Below, one piece after another: positions 5,559 through 5,584 of a DNA stretch of 5,584 nt. The notes beneath the pieces are model-generated. The model made no database searches, had not been told where the DNA came from, and was given only the letters and a program-made list of their open reading frames with translations. This stretch comes from Prasinococcaceae sp. CCMP 1430 (lineage: Eukaryota > Plantae > Prasinodermophyta), in NCBI GenBank assembly GCA_013416795.1, contig RQSC01000842.1:37797-43380 (forward strand). Direction: 5' to 3'. Position 1 is the stretch's first letter. Every line of letters begins with the position of its first letter. The position numbers and the translations under genes are program-made.

Positions 5559-5584
5559 CACACTGCGGGTGAGGGGGGCGGGCG

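Noticed and set aside
1-5584. Bacterial operon or prokaryotic defence-system interpretation (DUF819, DUF423 and rnhB all occur in bacteria)
   Set aside because: A PHD-SET histone methyltransferase, a clean spliceosomal intron, and no Shine-Dalgarno or operon layout indicate eukaryotic nuclear DNA.

Overview
This is gene-dense, very GC-rich eukaryotic nuclear DNA, most likely from a prasinophyte-grade green alga. That assignment is an inference from an ATXR5/6 gene, a short GT-AG intron with a GCTGAC branch point, and a TGTAA element after a stop codon. Four protein-coding genes are supported: (1) a DUF819-family membrane protein on +, open at the window start; (2) an intronless ATXR5/6-type PHD-PIP-SET histone H3K27 methyltransferase on +, after a 264-N gap; (3) a spliced DUF423/TMEM256 small membrane protein on -, whose last exon the ORF track misses; (4) a bacterial-type RNase HII on -, whose 5' end is disturbed by a single N. 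I found no mobile element, CRISPR array, tRNA or rRNA, and I cannot support a novel multi-gene system. The best leads are the bacterial-type RNase HII with a Lys/Ala-rich extension and three E2F-like sites upstream, an altered H3.1-selectivity segment in the ATXR5/6 protein, and probable hidden upstream exon(s) in the unexplained 3690-4340 interval.
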